This document shows, piece by piece, positions 1 to 10,767 of a DNA stretch of 64,000 bases (positions within the stretch are counted from its first letter, which is position 1; the number at the start of each line of letters is the position of its first letter). The notes under the pieces were generated by a model. That model did no database searches. It was not told the DNA's origin and saw nothing but the letters and a program-made list of their open reading frames with translations. A program made the position numbers and the translations under genes. This DNA comes from Mycobacterium sp. (GTDB lineage Bacteria > Actinomycetota > Actinomycetes > Mycobacteriales > Mycobacteriaceae), in assembly GCF_019243155.1 (NCBI RefSeq), contig NZ_JAFAUS010000375.1, positions 1,023 to 65,022 on the forward strand, in the 5' to 3' direction.

Positions 1-1366
1 ACCATGCCGACAAGCTCAAGTTGCCTTCGCGCACTTCACCTTCGGTGCCATCGACGGTGACCTGCTTGCCGGCCAGCAATTTGGTGATGCCTTGACCGCA
101 GCCCACCACGGCTACCCGGCCCAGCTCTCGGCTGAGTACCGCCGCATGGCTGGCGGCCCCGCCGACCTCGGTGACGATCCCCTGCGCGGCCAGCATGCCC
201 GAAACGTCTTCGGGCCTGGTGTGATCGCGGACCAGGATGACCGCCTCGCCCCGTTCGGCCGCGAGCAGCGCCTCGTCGACATCGGTGTATGCCTTACCCG
301 ATGCCACGCCCGGACAAGCCGGTAGTCCCCTCGCTAAAAGCGGTGCCGCCAAACGTATTTCCGGCTGTAGGGCGGGAAGTAGCAGTGCCTCGACGTGTGC
401 CGGGGTCACCCGTCGCAGGGTCTCGGAATCGTCGATGAGTCCCTCATGCCGAAGCTGCAGCGCCAACCGCACGGCCGCCTGTGCCGAACGCTCGGCCGAT
501 CGCGCCTGCAACAGCCAGAGCTTGCCGTCTTCGACGGTGAACTCGATCTCCTGGATGTCAGACTCAAGCCGCTCCAAGGTTCGGGCGGCCCCCATCAGTT
601 CGTCGTAGACGGACGGCTGCTCGTCGCGCAGGGCCGTGATCGGTTCCACGTCAAGCGATCCCGACACCACGTCGTCGCCCTGGCCGCCGGGCAGCCATTC
701 GCCGAACGGCTCGTCGTCGCCCGTTATTGGATTACGCGAAAAGAACGCTCCGGCACCCGAATTGGGACCGTGATTGCCGAACGCCATCGCCTGTACCACC
801 ACTGCGGTGCCGTGAAGGTCGTCCATGCCGTAGTGCTCGCGATAGGCCACCGCGCGCGGTGAATTCCACGAGGCGAACACCGCCTCGATGCAAGCACGCA
901 GTTGCACGTAAGGGTCGTCGGGCACGACCGCCTCGTCACCGCCACCCACGATGCGCCCGTACATCCGCGCGAATCGGCGGTAGGTGTCGCGGGCGAAGGC
1001 CGGGTCGCCGGTGTCGGCAGCCAGAGCCTGCTCGACCGCGTCGTTCATCCCGACGTTCAGCACCGTGTCCATCATGCCCGGCATCGACTGTGTCGCTCCC
1101 GAGCGAACGCTCACGAGCAGGGGACGGGGGCCACGCCCGAACGTGCGCGCGACTTCGGTTTCCAGCCAACTCATCCGGTCGAGGACGTCGGTCCAGATCG
1201 AATCCATCGTCGCCGCGGGGTCGGCGAGATAACGCAGGCCCACCTCGGTGGTGATGCAGAATGCGGGCGGCACCGGCAGCTTGTACCGGTGCATCGCATC
1301 GACGCCGTGGCCCTTGTTACCCACAAGCTTTCGTGGGTGGCTCGCGCTGCCGTCCAGCAACACCAC
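1..1366 (-). CDS. ppdK: Pyruvate phosphate dikinase (mycobacterial short type), 3' end outside the window; start uncertain (GTG 1366 or 1462)
   Basis: Manual minus-strand translation gives VVLLDGSASHPRKLVGNKGHG...LPVPPAFCITTE...LLVSVRSGATQSMPGMMDTVLN, the PPDK N-terminal motifs; open to the window edge. Confidence 0.88.
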   Translation of the reverse strand, partial: MVLLDGSASHPRKLVGNKGHGVDAMHRYKLPVPPAFCITTEVGLRYLADPAATMDSIWTDVLDRMSWLETEVARTFGRGPRPLLVSVRSGATQSMPGMMDTVLNVGMNDAVEQALAADTGDPAFARDTYRRFARMYGRIVGGGDEAVVPDDPYVQLRACIEAVFASWNSPRAVAYREHYGMDDLHGTAVVVQAMAFGNHGPNSGAGAFFSRNPITGDDEPFGEWLPGGQGDDVVSGSLDVEPITALRDEQPSVYDELMGAARTLERLESDIQEIEFTVEDGKLWLLQARSAERSAQAAVRLALQLRHEGLIDDSETLRRVTPAHVEALLLPALQPEIRLAAPLLARGLPACPGVASGKAYTDVDEALLAAERGEAVILVRDHTRPEDVSGMLAAQGIVTEVGGAASHAAVLSRELGRVAVVGCGQGITKLLAGKQVTVDGTEGEVREGNLSLSAW

Positions 1367-1501
1367 GGATTGTTCGGTACGGGCCGTGGTGCACCCCCTT
1401 TGGTAAAGCCGCTCGTCTGACGCTTTAAGGCCGATGTCGGAACGCCCGCTATGTTCCCACACGAATCAGCAGCCTCAGCCGCTCGGAGCCTTTGCTGCCC
1501 G

Positions 1502-2212
1502 TCAGCACGGCGGCGGGTCGGCGTCCCATTCCGTCAATGTCCACCCATCGGTTGGGCTTCCCCTCACCACGACGTGGCCGACGTTGGGCAGCGGCTTATT
1601 GGTCAACAGCGACTGGTCGGGGTTGTGTACGTTCATCAAGACCCACACCATGATCGCCGCGGCATGCGAGAACGCGACCGGATTCACCTCACCGGTGTCG
1701 TAGATGTGCTGGACGGCGTCGTTGAACCGCGACTCGAATTCGTTGCCGTCGATGGAACCCGGAATGCGTGCGCTTCGATCGCCCTGCAGCCACTGCATCG
1801 GAGCGGCGAATAAAGCCCTCGCGTTGGCCTCGGGTTGCCCTTCGTATTGGCCGGCCTCGATCTCCCGCAGCCCGGGCAGCACATCGACGGTCTCGCTCAA
1901 CGCCTGTGCTGTCGGCGTGGCCGTTTCTTGAGTGCGGACCATGTTGGAGGCGTAGACGCCGTCATAGTGGTTGGCGCTCAATTGCCCGGCCTGAGTCGTC
2001 GCCTGACACCACCCCTTCGGGGTGAGGTCGGGACCGGGAACCGACGTATCGATCAAGCCCGAAGCGTTGCCCTGAGACTCGGCGTGCCGCACCAGGGTCA
2101 GCGTGATGGTGTGCGGGCCGGCAGCTCGGGCAATCCCGCAGCCCGCGGCCGACGTCAGGACGAAAAGGGCGGCAATCAAAAACCGCACGGCTGAGATCGC
2201 TCGCCGATTCAC
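1502..2212 (-). CDS. Exported histidine phosphatase (phosphoglycerate mutase family), possible lipoprotein
   Basis: LVRHAES and FSH motifs; hydrophobic N-terminus ending AAGC; GTG 2212 is 7 nt downstream of a TAGACT -10. Confidence 0.8.
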   Translation of the reverse strand: MNRRAISAVRFLIAALFVLTSAAGCGIARAAGPHTITLTLVRHAESQGNASGLIDTSVPGPDLTPKGWCQATTQAGQLSANHYDGVYASNMVRTQETATPTAQALSETVDVLPGLREIEAGQYEGQPEANARALFAAPMQWLQGDRSARIPGSIDGNEFESRFNDAVQHIYDTGEVNPVAFSHAAAIMVWVLMNVHNPDQSLLTNKPLPNVGHVVVRGSPTDGWTLTEWDADPPPC

Positions 2213-2305
2213 GGGCAAGAGTCTAGATGCCAGGTAGCGACCCGGCATCGGCTTGGCTTGGCGGCTCCTGTTATCCGCTTAACCGCATGATCTAGGTTTG
2301 CACGT

Positions 2306-2818
2306 ATGACTCCCTACGACGTTGGGTTACTGATCCTGCGGCTGGCGTTGGGCGTGACGTTGGCCGCGCACGGCTACAACAAATTCTTCGGCGGCGGTCG
2401 CATCCCCGGCACCGCACGGTGGTTCGAAAGCATCGGCATGAAGCCGGGTAAGTTTCACGCCACCGTCGCTGCGACCACGGAAATGGCCGCCGGCCTGGGT
2501 CTGGCCGCCGGGCTGCTGACGCCGATACCGGCGGCCGGTTTCGTGTCGCTGATGCTGGTCGCGGCCTGGACGGTGCATCGCCACAACGGCTTTTTCATCG
2601 TCAAGGAAGGCTGGGAATACAACCTGGTCCTGGCCGTCGCCGCCGTGGCCGTCGCCACGCTGGGCCCGGGCAAGCTCAGCCTGGACCACGTCATCTTCGG
2701 CGACAAGCTCTGGTTCCCGGGTTGGCATGGTCTGCTGATCTCGGTCGTCCTCGGTCTGGCCGGTGCCATCGGCCAGCTGGCGATCTTCTACCGGCCGCCC
2801 GCCAAGCAAGCCAGCTAG
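2306..2818 (+). CDS. DoxX family membrane protein
   Basis: LILRLALG...HGYNKFFG and GWEYNLVL motifs; four hydrophobic segments; leaderless (TAGGTT-7nt-ATG). Confidence 0.85.
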   Translation: MTPYDVGLLILRLALGVTLAAHGYNKFFGGGRIPGTARWFESIGMKPGKFHATVAATTEMAAGLGLAAGLLTPIPAAGFVSLMLVAAWTVHRHNGFFIVKEGWEYNLVLAVAAVAVATLGPGKLSLDHVIFGDKLWFPGWHGLLISVVLGLAGAIGQLAIFYRPPAKQAS

Positions 2819-3669
2819 CCGGGTAGCTGCGGCTCGTCGTCTTCCGCCAGCAGCCTCTCGGGGTGGTGGCCGTCGTGGCCGCGTTGGCCGGGGCTGCGCG
2901 CGTCGCGCTCGATGGCTTCTTCGGGGGCGGAGCCGTCGACGGTGGGGTTGAGGTCGTCGGGATTGCACATGCCGGGGGAGGCCAGCTTGGCGAACACGGC
3001 CTCGAGGGTGGCGCGGGCTTCCGGGGTCAGCCAGCCGGTCAGTCGCGACATGCCGTCGGCTTGCTGATTGCCGAGTACCAGGCTGCGAGCCCGCACCCTG
3101 TCCTCGTCGGTGAAGTTGCCGTCGGGGTTGAGGCAGTCCATCGGGCGGCGGGCCAGTTTCGCGAGTTGCTCGGGGTGAAACTGGGCGGCCTTCGACGCGA
3201 GCTGCCGTTCGGCCTGCTCGCGTGTCTCGATGTCGACGAAGTCGGGGAGCTGGTGAAAGAACCGTCGAATCACCGCCACGTGGTCGACGCCGATCGCCCC
3301 ATCGCGCTGCGCCGCCGCGGTGGCGGGCGACAGCGGCGTCAGGGGCTCGCCGGTCAGCGCGCGTCGCGGGCCCAGGTCGGCGGCGTCGGCGATCCTGACA
3401 CTCGCCTCAGCGCGCGTGATATGCAACCGGTCGGCCAACGCGTGTGGGAGCTTTCCGCCCAGCTCGCCGGGGTCGGACTGCCCGGCGAGCTGATTGATCA
3501 ACTGGTGTCCGGGAACTTGTAGCCGGCGCGTCTCGTGTTCGAGCACCTCCAGCAGTCGCAACCGCTCCGGGTTGGTCAGCGAGTCGTACGGGTGCCCGAC
3601 GAATCGAGACACCGCCGCACGCAACGCCTCGACATCCTCGCGAACCTCCGCACGATCGATCGAACCCAT
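2815..3669 (-). CDS. 13E12 repeat family/DUF222 protein (Rv1128c-like) with an internal deletion and no HNH domain; possibly a pseudogene
   Basis: LGPRRALTGEPL, LNPDGNFTDEDR, DGMSRLTGWLTPE and PGMCNP motifs; sequence jumps from SPGQRGHD straight to the terminal HHPERLL. Confidence 0.8.
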   Translation of the reverse strand: MGSIDRAEVREDVEALRAAVSRFVGHPYDSLTNPERLRLLEVLEHETRRLQVPGHQLINQLAGQSDPGELGGKLPHALADRLHITRAEASVRIADAADLGPRRALTGEPLTPLSPATAAAQRDGAIGVDHVAVIRRFFHQLPDFVDIETREQAERQLASKAAQFHPEQLAKLARRPMDCLNPDGNFTDEDRVRARSLVLGNQQADGMSRLTGWLTPEARATLEAVFAKLASPGMCNPDDLNPTVDGSAPEEAIERDARSPGQRGHDGHHPERLLAEDDEPQLPG

Positions 3670-3675
3670 GTTCGA
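3660..3675. promoter_or_regulatory. LexA (SOS) box overlapping the start codon of the DUF222 gene
   Basis: TCGAACCCATGTTCGA matches the mycobacterial consensus TCGAAC-N4-GTTCGA; TAGCAT -10 directly upstream on the minus strand. Confidence 0.88.
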
Positions 3676-3734
3676 ATGCTACTGCGACCCTCCGACAAGG
3701 AGACGTTGAAACCATAGTGGCACAAGTGATTTGA

Positions 3735-5123
3735 TCAGCCGACCGCAGCGGTCTCGGCTGCCGTCACCTCGGCCGCGGCGCGCTCGCCGGAACGGATCGC
3801 GCCGTCGATCCAGCCGCACATGACGGCCGAGCTCTCGGTCCCCGCCCAGTGGATGCGGCCGCAGGGCTCGCGCAGGGTGTAGCCGAATTCGGTGAGCACC
3901 CCGGTCGGGGCGTGGCCGATCATCCCGCCACCGGAATACCGCTCGACGGTCCAGTTCTGTTCGTGGTACTCGGCGGGCGTCCTCGCCTGATCGCCGAACC
4001 GGTCGACCAGCTCGGCGATGATCGCCGACTTCCGTTCGTCCGCGGTGAGCCTGCCCAGCCGGCGCGCCGCGGGTCCCTCCGTGATGACGCACATGATCCC
4101 GGGGTCGCCGGTATCCGTGCACGCGTCGATGGTCAGGGTGGCGGGGGAGCCCGGCGCGGCCGATTGACCGGACAATCCGTCGGCACGCCAAAACGGCGCG
4201 TCATAGACGATCGAGATCTTGATGACGGCGCCGCTCGGCATGCGCTGGTGCAGGAACTCCCGATCGATCGGCAGCATCGGCTCGTAGACGATCGACGTCG
4301 CGATCGCCAGCGGGATCGCGACAATGACCCGGCGCGCACGGACCGTCAGATCGGCCGCGCTGATCGTCACGCCGTCGTCGTCCTGGGTGATCTGCCGGAC
4401 AGGTTGCGAAAGATGCAGCGCGTCGCCCAATTCGGCCACCATCGGGCGGTGCAGTGCGCCCATCCCGCCGACCGGGCGGGCGTCTTGGGAGCCACCCTTG
4501 CCCGAAATCGCGAATGTGAGTCCGCCGGCAGACGCCGTCTGCAGCAGCCCCCACAGCAAGGACGTCTCCGAGGCCGCCGAGGTGTAGAGGCCGGCAAAAG
4601 CCATGTCGAGCATTTCGGCGGCCTCTTTGGACATGGTGTTCTTGTGGATCCATTCCCCGATGCTGATTCGGTCCCACTCCTGGGCCTTCTTCGCCTCCCA
4701 AGGCGCTTCGCGCGGAATCGATTTGCACATCTTCTCGATCGAGGCCAAACCGATCCCGAGGTTGGCGACCGCCCACGGGCTCACCGTCCAGGGAATGGTG
4801 CCGCCGTAGCGGTGCTTCTTGCCGCCGACGATCATCATCGCGTCGCCGTCGTTGTGTTGCTTGTACTCCGGCACGCCGAATTCCTGCATCAGCGCATAGA
4901 TCCGGTCCTGACCCGGTCCGATCCACGCGCCGCCGCGGTCGATCCACGTCCCGTCCGGGCGGGTTTGCGTGAACGTCCGGCCGCCGACCCGGTCGCGCGC
5001 CTCCAGCAAGGCCACCGAGCGACCCGCCTGTTTCAATCGCATGGCGGCCGTCAAGCCCGCGAATCCCGCGCCGACCACGCAAAAATCGACCTCAGACACG
5101 ACCGGCTCCTCACCTAGTGCCAC
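3735..5123 (-). CDS. Flavin monoamine oxidase family protein
   Basis: VVGAGFAGL dinucleotide fold, LEARDRVGGRT, GGAWIGPGQ, IHWAGTE and GAIRSGERAA. Confidence 0.9.
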   Translation of the reverse strand: MALGEEPVVSEVDFCVVGAGFAGLTAAMRLKQAGRSVALLEARDRVGGRTFTQTRPDGTWIDRGGAWIGPGQDRIYALMQEFGVPEYKQHNDGDAMMIVGGKKHRYGGTIPWTVSPWAVANLGIGLASIEKMCKSIPREAPWEAKKAQEWDRISIGEWIHKNTMSKEAAEMLDMAFAGLYTSAASETSLLWGLLQTASAGGLTFAISGKGGSQDARPVGGMGALHRPMVAELGDALHLSQPVRQITQDDDGVTISAADLTVRARRVIVAIPLAIATSIVYEPMLPIDREFLHQRMPSGAVIKISIVYDAPFWRADGLSGQSAAPGSPATLTIDACTDTGDPGIMCVITEGPAARRLGRLTADERKSAIIAELVDRFGDQARTPAEYHEQNWTVERYSGGGMIGHAPTGVLTEFGYTLREPCGRIHWAGTESSAVMCGWIDGAIRSGERAAAEVTAAETAAVG

Positions 5124-5254
5124 CCCAGCAGCAAAGTACTCCCGCGACGGGTCGAGAAGTGGCGAGTTAGCAGAGATTTCCGCTCGATTTCTGGTGTGCG
5201 GAATGCACCGAAGATCGTTATCAGTGAAATCTGTTGCGAGACTTGGGAATCAGG

Positions 5255-5485
5255 TCAATTGGCGGGCGACGGTCCGCCGTACTGCCAGACCAAAGTGTGA
5301 TCGCCTGTCATCGTGGGGTTGCACCACATCGTCCTGCCGTTGGTGTCGTCGGTGGTTGCATGCAACACCGTGCACCCATCGCCGGGTGTGGGTGCGTCAG
5401 CCCTGGCAGTAGCGGCCTCGGGAGCAAAAGCGATCGATGAGGCAACGGCAATCGCTGCCGCGATCAGAAACCGAAATCTGCTCAT
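5255..5485 (-). CDS. Small secreted protein (76 aa, two Cys)
   Basis: MSRFRFLIAAAIAVASSIAFAPEAATARAD signal peptide with A-X-A site; GAGGG SD-like element upstream. Confidence 0.7.
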   Translation of the reverse strand: MSRFRFLIAAAIAVASSIAFAPEAATARADAPTPGDGCTVLHATTDDTNGRTMWCNPTMTGDHTLVWQYGGPSPAN

Positions 5486-5609
5486 GGTGAATATCCCCTC
5501 AGGCGCGCGCCGCCTCGATTTCACGGTATCTGTCAGGGAACTCGCAGGCAAAGGATATTTAGCCTGAACTTAAGCCCGCTCGCTTATAACGCGTTCTAGT
5601 CTGTGCAAC

Positions 5610-7412
5610 ATGGGATTTTTGCAGCCCGAGCTGCCGCAGATCGACATGGACGAGTGGAATAAGGGCACTCGCAGCGAAAAGATCCGGCCGATGGCCAAGC
5701 ACTGGGCCGAGGTCGGCTTCGGTACGCCGGTTGCGCTGCACCTCTTCTATGTCGTGAAGATCCTGCTTTACATTCTGGGCGCGTGGTTGTTCGCGTTGAC
5801 TACCAAGGGCGTCAACGGATTTACGGGCGTCGGGTCGTGGTGGTCGGAGCCGATCGTGTTCGAGAAGGTCGTGCTCTACACGATGCTCTTCGAGGTGGTC
5901 GGCCTGGGATGTGGCTTCGGGCCGCTGAACAACCGGTTTTTTCCGCCGATGGGCTCGATCCTGTACTGGATGCAGTTCGGCACGATTCGGTTGCCACCGT
6001 GGCCGAATCGGGTGCCGCTGACCAAGGGCACCAAGCGCACCCCGACCGATGTCTTGCTGTACGCGCTGCTGCTTTTCGTGACGCTCGGGGCGCTGATCTC
6101 GGATGGTGACGGCCCGATACCCGAGTTGGGCACCAAAATCGGGCTGTTGCCGGGGTGGAAGATCGCGCTGGTTCTGATACTCCTGGCCATACTCGGGCTG
6201 CGCGACAAGGTGATCTTCCTGGCCGCCCGTGGCGAGGTGTACGCCACGATGGCGGTGACCTTCCTCTTCGGCGGGGTCGACATGATCGTCGCGTCCAAGG
6301 TCGTCTTCCTGGTCATCTGGGTGGGCGCGGCGACATCGAAGCTCAACAAGCACTTCCCGTTCGTGATTTCCACGATGATGTCCAACAATCCACTGGTCCG
6401 GCCCAGGTCGCTGAAACGCCGCTTCTTCGAGAAGTTTCCGGACGATCTGCGGCCCGGGCGGCTGTCGCGGTGGCTGGCGCACCTGAGCACCGCCATCGAG
6501 ATGCTGGTGCCGCTGCCGCTGTTCTTCTGCCACGGCGGCTGGCCGACCACGGTGGCCGCCGTCGTGATGGTGTGCTTCCACCTTGGAATCCTCGTCTCGA
6601 TCCCCATGGGCGTTCCGCTCGAGTGGAACGTCTTCATGATCTTCGGGGTCTTGTCGCTGTTCGTCGCGCACGCCCGTTTGGGGTTGGGCGATCTGAGACA
6701 TCCGGTGGTGGTGGCGATCCTGTTCGTCGTCATGGCCGGAATCGTGTTGATAGGCAACATGTTTCCACGCAAGGTCTCATTCCTGCCGGGGATGCGTTAC
6801 TACGCCGGAAACTGGGACACCACGCTGTGGTGCGTCAAACCGTCGGCCAGCGACAAGATCTCACGCGGAATCGTGGCGATCGCCAGCATGCCGCAGGCCC
6901 AGCTAGAGCGGTTCTATGGCAGCCCGGAGGCGGCGCAGATCCCGATCTACATGGGATATGCGTTCCGCGGGTTCAACACTCACGGCAGGGCGCTGTTCAC
7001 GCTGGCGCACCGCGCCATGGCGGGTCAGAACGAGGACGACTACGTCATCACCGACGGTGAGCGAATCTGCAGCACCGCCATCGGCTGGAACTTCGGCGAC
7101 GGCCACATGCACAACGAGCAGCTGATCGCCGCGATGCAGGAGCGATGCCATTTCGCGCCCGGCGAGGTGCGAGTGGTCCTGCTCGACGCGCAGCCGATCC
7201 ACAAGCAAACGCAGGCATATCGTTTGGTGGATGCGGCGACCGGCGAGTTCGAGCACGGCATCGTCAAGGTCGCGGACATGGTGACCCGCCAGCCCTGGGC
7301 CGACGATGTGCCGGTCCAGGTGCTGACGGAGTCAACGGAGTCAACGGACTCAACCGAAGAGGTGGCTCAAGAGCCGGCCAACGAGCCGGCTCAAGAGCCC
7401 GAGGCCACTTAG
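5610..7412 (+). CDS. DUF3556 integral membrane protein (Rv1132-like)
   Basis: MGFLQPELP start, many TM segments, MRYYAGNW and GWNFGDGH motifs; convergent with metE. Confidence 0.85.
   Translation: MGFLQPELPQIDMDEWNKGTRSEKIRPMAKHWAEVGFGTPVALHLFYVVKILLYILGAWLFALTTKGVNGFTGVGSWWSEPIVFEKVVLYTMLFEVVGLGCGFGPLNNRFFPPMGSILYWMQFGTIRLPPWPNRVPLTKGTKRTPTDVLLYALLLFVTLGALISDGDGPIPELGTKIGLLPGWKIALVLILLAILGLRDKVIFLAARGEVYATMAVTFLFGGVDMIVASKVVFLVIWVGAATSKLNKHFPFVISTMMSNNPLVRPRSLKRRFFEKFPDDLRPGRLSRWLAHLSTAIEMLVPLPLFFCHGGWPTTVAAVVMVCFHLGILVSIPMGVPLEWNVFMIFGVLSLFVAHARLGLGDLRHPVVVAILFVVMAGIVLIGNMFPRKVSFLPGMRYYAGNWDTTLWCVKPSASDKISRGIVAIASMPQAQLERFYGSPEAAQIPIYMGYAFRGFNTHGRALFTLAHRAMAGQNEDDYVITDGERICSTAIGWNFGDGHMHNEQLIAAMQERCHFAPGEVRVVLLDAQPIHKQTQAYRLVDAATGEFEHGIVKVADMVTRQPWADDVPVQVLTESTESTDSTEEVAQEPANEPAQEPEAT
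7326..7403 (+). repeat. Short in-frame tandem repeats (9-bp ACGGAGTCA and 12-bp AQEP/ANEP units) in the acidic C-terminal tail
   Basis: acggagtca acggagtca acggactca; encodes [12 protein letters not shown]...[12 protein letters not shown]. Confidence 0.6.
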
Positions 7413-9679
7413 GCCCCCGCGCGCACCTCCCGCGCCGCGGCGACCATGTTCTTCAGCGACGCGGTCACCTCGTCGGTCTTGCGGGTCTTGAGTCCGCAGT
7501 CGGGGTTAACCCACAACCGGTCCGGCGGAACGGCTTTGAGCGCCGCTCGCAGTGACGTGGCCATCTCGTCGGCGGTGGGCACCCGCGGCGAGTGGATGTC
7601 GTAGACACCCGGCCCGACGCTGTTGGAGAAGCCGATCGAGTTGAGGTCGTCCAGCACCTCCATGTGCGAACGGGCCGCCTCGATCGATGTGACGTCGGCG
7701 TCCAGGTCGGCGATGGCACCGATCACCTCACCGAATTCCGAGTAGCACAAGTGGGTGTGGATCTGGGTCGAGTCGGCGACGCCGGCGGTGGCAAGCCGGA
7801 AGGACCCGACGGCCCACTTCAGGTACTCCTCCTGATCGGCACGACGCAGCGGCAGCAGCTCGCGCAGCGCGGGCTCGTCGACCTGGATGACCGCGATCCC
7901 GGCATCCTGCAGATCCACGGTCTCGTCGCGAATCGCCAGCGCCACCTGGTTGGCGGTGTCGGCCAGCGGCTGGTCGTCGCGGACGAACGACCACGCCAGG
8001 ATCGTGACCGGGCCGGTCAGCATGCCCTTGACCGGCTTGTCGGTCAGCGACTGCGCGTACTTGGCCCACTCCACCGTCATCGGCTGCTGCCGGATGACGT
8101 CGCCGTAGAGCACCGGCGGACGCACGCAACGGCTGCCGTAGGACTGCACCCAGCCGTTCTTGGTGGCGAAGAAACCGTCCAGCTGTTCGGCGAAGTACTG
8201 CACCATGTCGTTGCGCTCCGGCTCGCCGTGCACCAGCACGTCCAGACCGAGTTGCTCCTGCAGCTTGATGACGTCGAGAATTTCCTGCTTCATCCGGCGG
8301 TCGTACTCGGCTTCGTCGATCTCACCGGCGACCAGTGCGGCACGGGCCTTGCGGATCTCGACGGTCTGCGGGAACGAGCCGATCGTCGTGGTCGGCAGCG
8401 GCGGCAGGTGCAGTCGGTCGTCCTGGCTGGCGCGTCGCGCGGCCGGTTCACCGCGGTGCGTTCCGGACTTGACGATCTCGGCGATACGGGCCCGGACCTG
8501 GTCGTTGTGCAGCCGCGGGTCCTTCTTGCGGGAGGCGACGGCGGCGTTGGACGCCTCGATGTCCTTCTCGACCGCCTCGCGGCCCTCGTGCAGTGCCCGA
8601 GACAGCGTCACCACCTCGGCGACTTTCTCCTGACCGAACGCGAGCCAGCTGCGCAGTGCATCATCCAGGCCCGTCTCGGGCTCGAGCGAATATGGCACGT
8701 GCAGGGTGGAGCAAGACGTCGAGACCGCGACGTTGGCGGCCGAACCCAGCAGCGACGTCAGCTTGCTGAGCGCCGCTTGCAGGTCGGTGCGCCAGATGTT
8801 GCGTCCGTCGACGACACCCGCGACCAGGATCTTACCGGCGAGTTCGGGCACTGCGGCGATCGCGGTGTTAGCGCCGTACACCAGGTCGACACCGATCGCC
8901 TCGACGGGGGTGCGGGCGAGCGCGGCCAGCGAGGCTCCGGGGTCGCCGAAGTAGGTGGCGACGTAGATGGCCGGCCGGTTGCTCACTTTGCCCAGCGCGT
9001 TGTAGACCGCCTCGGCCAGTGCCGGCGCGTCGGGGGAGATGTCAGTCACCAGCGCCGGTTCGTCGAGCTGCACCCACTGCGCGCCGTTGTCGGCGAGCAG
9101 CGATAGCAGTTCGGAGTAGATCGGCACCAGCTCCTGCAGCCGCTCGATCGGCGCACCGCCACCGTCGACGCCCTTGCTCAGCAGCAGGAAGGTGACCGGT
9201 CCGATGACGACCGGGCGAGCGGGAATGCCAAGACCTCGAGCCTCTTTCAGCTCGGAGAGCACCTTGTCCGGGTTGAGGGCGAACTTCGTCGCGGGCCCGA
9301 TCTCGGGAACGATGTAGTGGTAGTTGGTGTCGAACCACTTGGTCATCTCCAGCGGCGCGACGTCGGAGTTGCCGCGCGCGGCGGCGAAGTAGCGGTCCAG
9401 GTCGTCAGCGACCTGCGTGGCACGAGCCGGCAGCGCGCCCAGCATGACCGCGGTGTCGAGCACCTGGTCGTAGTAAGAGAAGGTGTTCACCGGCACCGAG
9501 TCCAGGCCGGCATCCGACAGACTCTTCCAGGTATCGCGGCGCAGGGTGGCGGCGACGTTTTCCAGATCGGCACGGCTGGTACGGCCTGCCCAGTAGCCCT
9601 CGGTCGCGCGCTTGAGTTCCCGCTTCGGGCCGATGCGCGGAGAGCCGACAACGGTTGCGGTAAAAGCTTTGGGGGTCAC
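7409..9679 (-). CDS. metE: Cobalamin-independent methionine synthase
   Basis: [42 protein letters not shown] and [11 protein letters not shown]; start taken at GTG 9679. Confidence 0.97.
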   Translation of the reverse strand: MTPKAFTATVVGSPRIGPKRELKRATEGYWAGRTSRADLENVAATLRRDTWKSLSDAGLDSVPVNTFSYYDQVLDTAVMLGALPARATQVADDLDRYFAAARGNSDVAPLEMTKWFDTNYHYIVPEIGPATKFALNPDKVLSELKEARGLGIPARPVVIGPVTFLLLSKGVDGGGAPIERLQELVPIYSELLSLLADNGAQWVQLDEPALVTDISPDAPALAEAVYNALGKVSNRPAIYVATYFGDPGASLAALARTPVEAIGVDLVYGANTAIAAVPELAGKILVAGVVDGRNIWRTDLQAALSKLTSLLGSAANVAVSTSCSTLHVPYSLEPETGLDDALRSWLAFGQEKVAEVVTLSRALHEGREAVEKDIEASNAAVASRKKDPRLHNDQVRARIAEIVKSGTHRGEPAARRASQDDRLHLPPLPTTTIGSFPQTVEIRKARAALVAGEIDEAEYDRRMKQEILDVIKLQEQLGLDVLVHGEPERNDMVQYFAEQLDGFFATKNGWVQSYGSRCVRPPVLYGDVIRQQPMTVEWAKYAQSLTDKPVKGMLTGPVTILAWSFVRDDQPLADTANQVALAIRDETVDLQDAGIAVIQVDEPALRELLPLRRADQEEYLKWAVGSFRLATAGVADSTQIHTHLCYSEFGEVIGAIADLDADVTSIEAARSHMEVLDDLNSIGFSNSVGPGVYDIHSPRVPTADEMATSLRAALKAVPPDRLWVNPDCGLKTRKTDEVTASLKNMVAAAREVRAGA

Positions 9680-9837
9680 GATATTTCTTCGTCCTTCATT
9701 CGGCGTGGTGGTCACCGCCGGCGGACGTGCAGCCGATCCGGACGCGGTTTGCACCCACTAGGTACTCAAACCGCAACGGCTGCAGCCTAACGCCCATTCC
9801 ACGAGGCGATGAGCCGCCGGGCGCGGGTGCGCCCGGC

Positions 9838-10062
9838 ACAGCTGGCAGGTCTTCGGACTCGCAGGCGCACACCGGTTGGTGTTCCTAGTGGCCGTCGCTT
9901 CCCAGTCCCAGTTCTTTTGGACCAGTGCTTGTGACGGCGGTCGTTCCTGCATACCGCTGCGGGACAGTCCCGGATTCTCACCGGGTTCCCTCTTACGAAG
10001 CCTGACTAACGTGCTTCGCTCGATGCCGGCGCCGCGAGTTCGCGACGACGACAGACCAGTTG
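9838..10062 (-). ncRNA. Cobalamin (B12) riboswitch upstream of metE
   Basis: Minus strand reads AAGAGGGAACCCGGTGAGAATCCGGGACTGTCCCGCAGCGGTA...GCACTGG...CTGGGAAG...GAGTCCGAAGACCTGCC, the canonical B12-element motifs; boundaries approximate. Confidence 0.95.
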
Positions 10063-10082
10063 CGTAGCGCAGCCTACTACGG

Positions 10083-10724
10083 TCAGCTCGCCAGGGCTTC
10101 GGCGATGGGAGTATCGCCATTGTTGAACTCGATGGTCCGGCCGATCGTCGAGTCGTCCGCCAGTGCGGCGGCGGCCACGAGGGCGACGTCGGCGCGCGAT
10201 ACCTGCCCCTTTGCCTCACCGATCGCGATCCGCCCGGTCGGTTCATCGAGGGTGAGCCGACCCGGCCCCAACACGGTCCACTTCAGGTCGCTGTCCCGTA
10301 GGTGGGTGTCCGCGGCAGCCTTGGCCTCGGCGTAGGCGAAGAACGGATCATCTTGCGGCACACCGTGGTCGGGTCCCGCGCCGAAGTACGACACCATCAC
10401 GAAGCGCTTGACGCCCGCCTGCGCGGCGGCGTCGATCACCCGGATCGCGGCGTCCCGGTCCACGGCATAGGTCCGCGCCGGGTTGCCGCCGCCCGCGCCG
10501 GCCGAGAAGACGACCGCGTCGTGCCCGGCCAGCAGCGGAACCAGCGCGTCGGTGTCCAGCTGTTCGATGTCGGCGACGACCGGTTTGGCACCGGTGGCCG
10601 CGACGTCGTCGGAGTGGTCGGGGTTGCGGAAGACCGAGCTGACCTCATCGCCGCGTTCGGTCAGGATGCGGGCCAGCTGCCGGGCGACCTTGCCGTGGCC
10701 GCCGACGATGATGATCCGTGCCAT
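10083..10724 (-). CDS. NAD(P)H-binding atypical SDR (YhfK-like)
   Basis: IIVGGHGKVA, VFSAGAGG and YAEAK; leaderless (TAACGT -10). Confidence 0.85.
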   Translation of the reverse strand: MARIIIVGGHGKVARQLARILTERGDEVSSVFRNPDHSDDVAATGAKPVVADIEQLDTDALVPLLAGHDAVVFSAGAGGGNPARTYAVDRDAAIRVIDAAAQAGVKRFVMVSYFGAGPDHGVPQDDPFFAYAEAKAAADTHLRDSDLKWTVLGPGRLTLDEPTGRIAIGEAKGQVSRADVALVAAAALADDSTIGRTIEFNNGDTPIAEALAS

Positions 10725-10767
10725 GCCCCCGACGTTACTGACGTGAGGGTTCGTTGGGGGCGACCCG

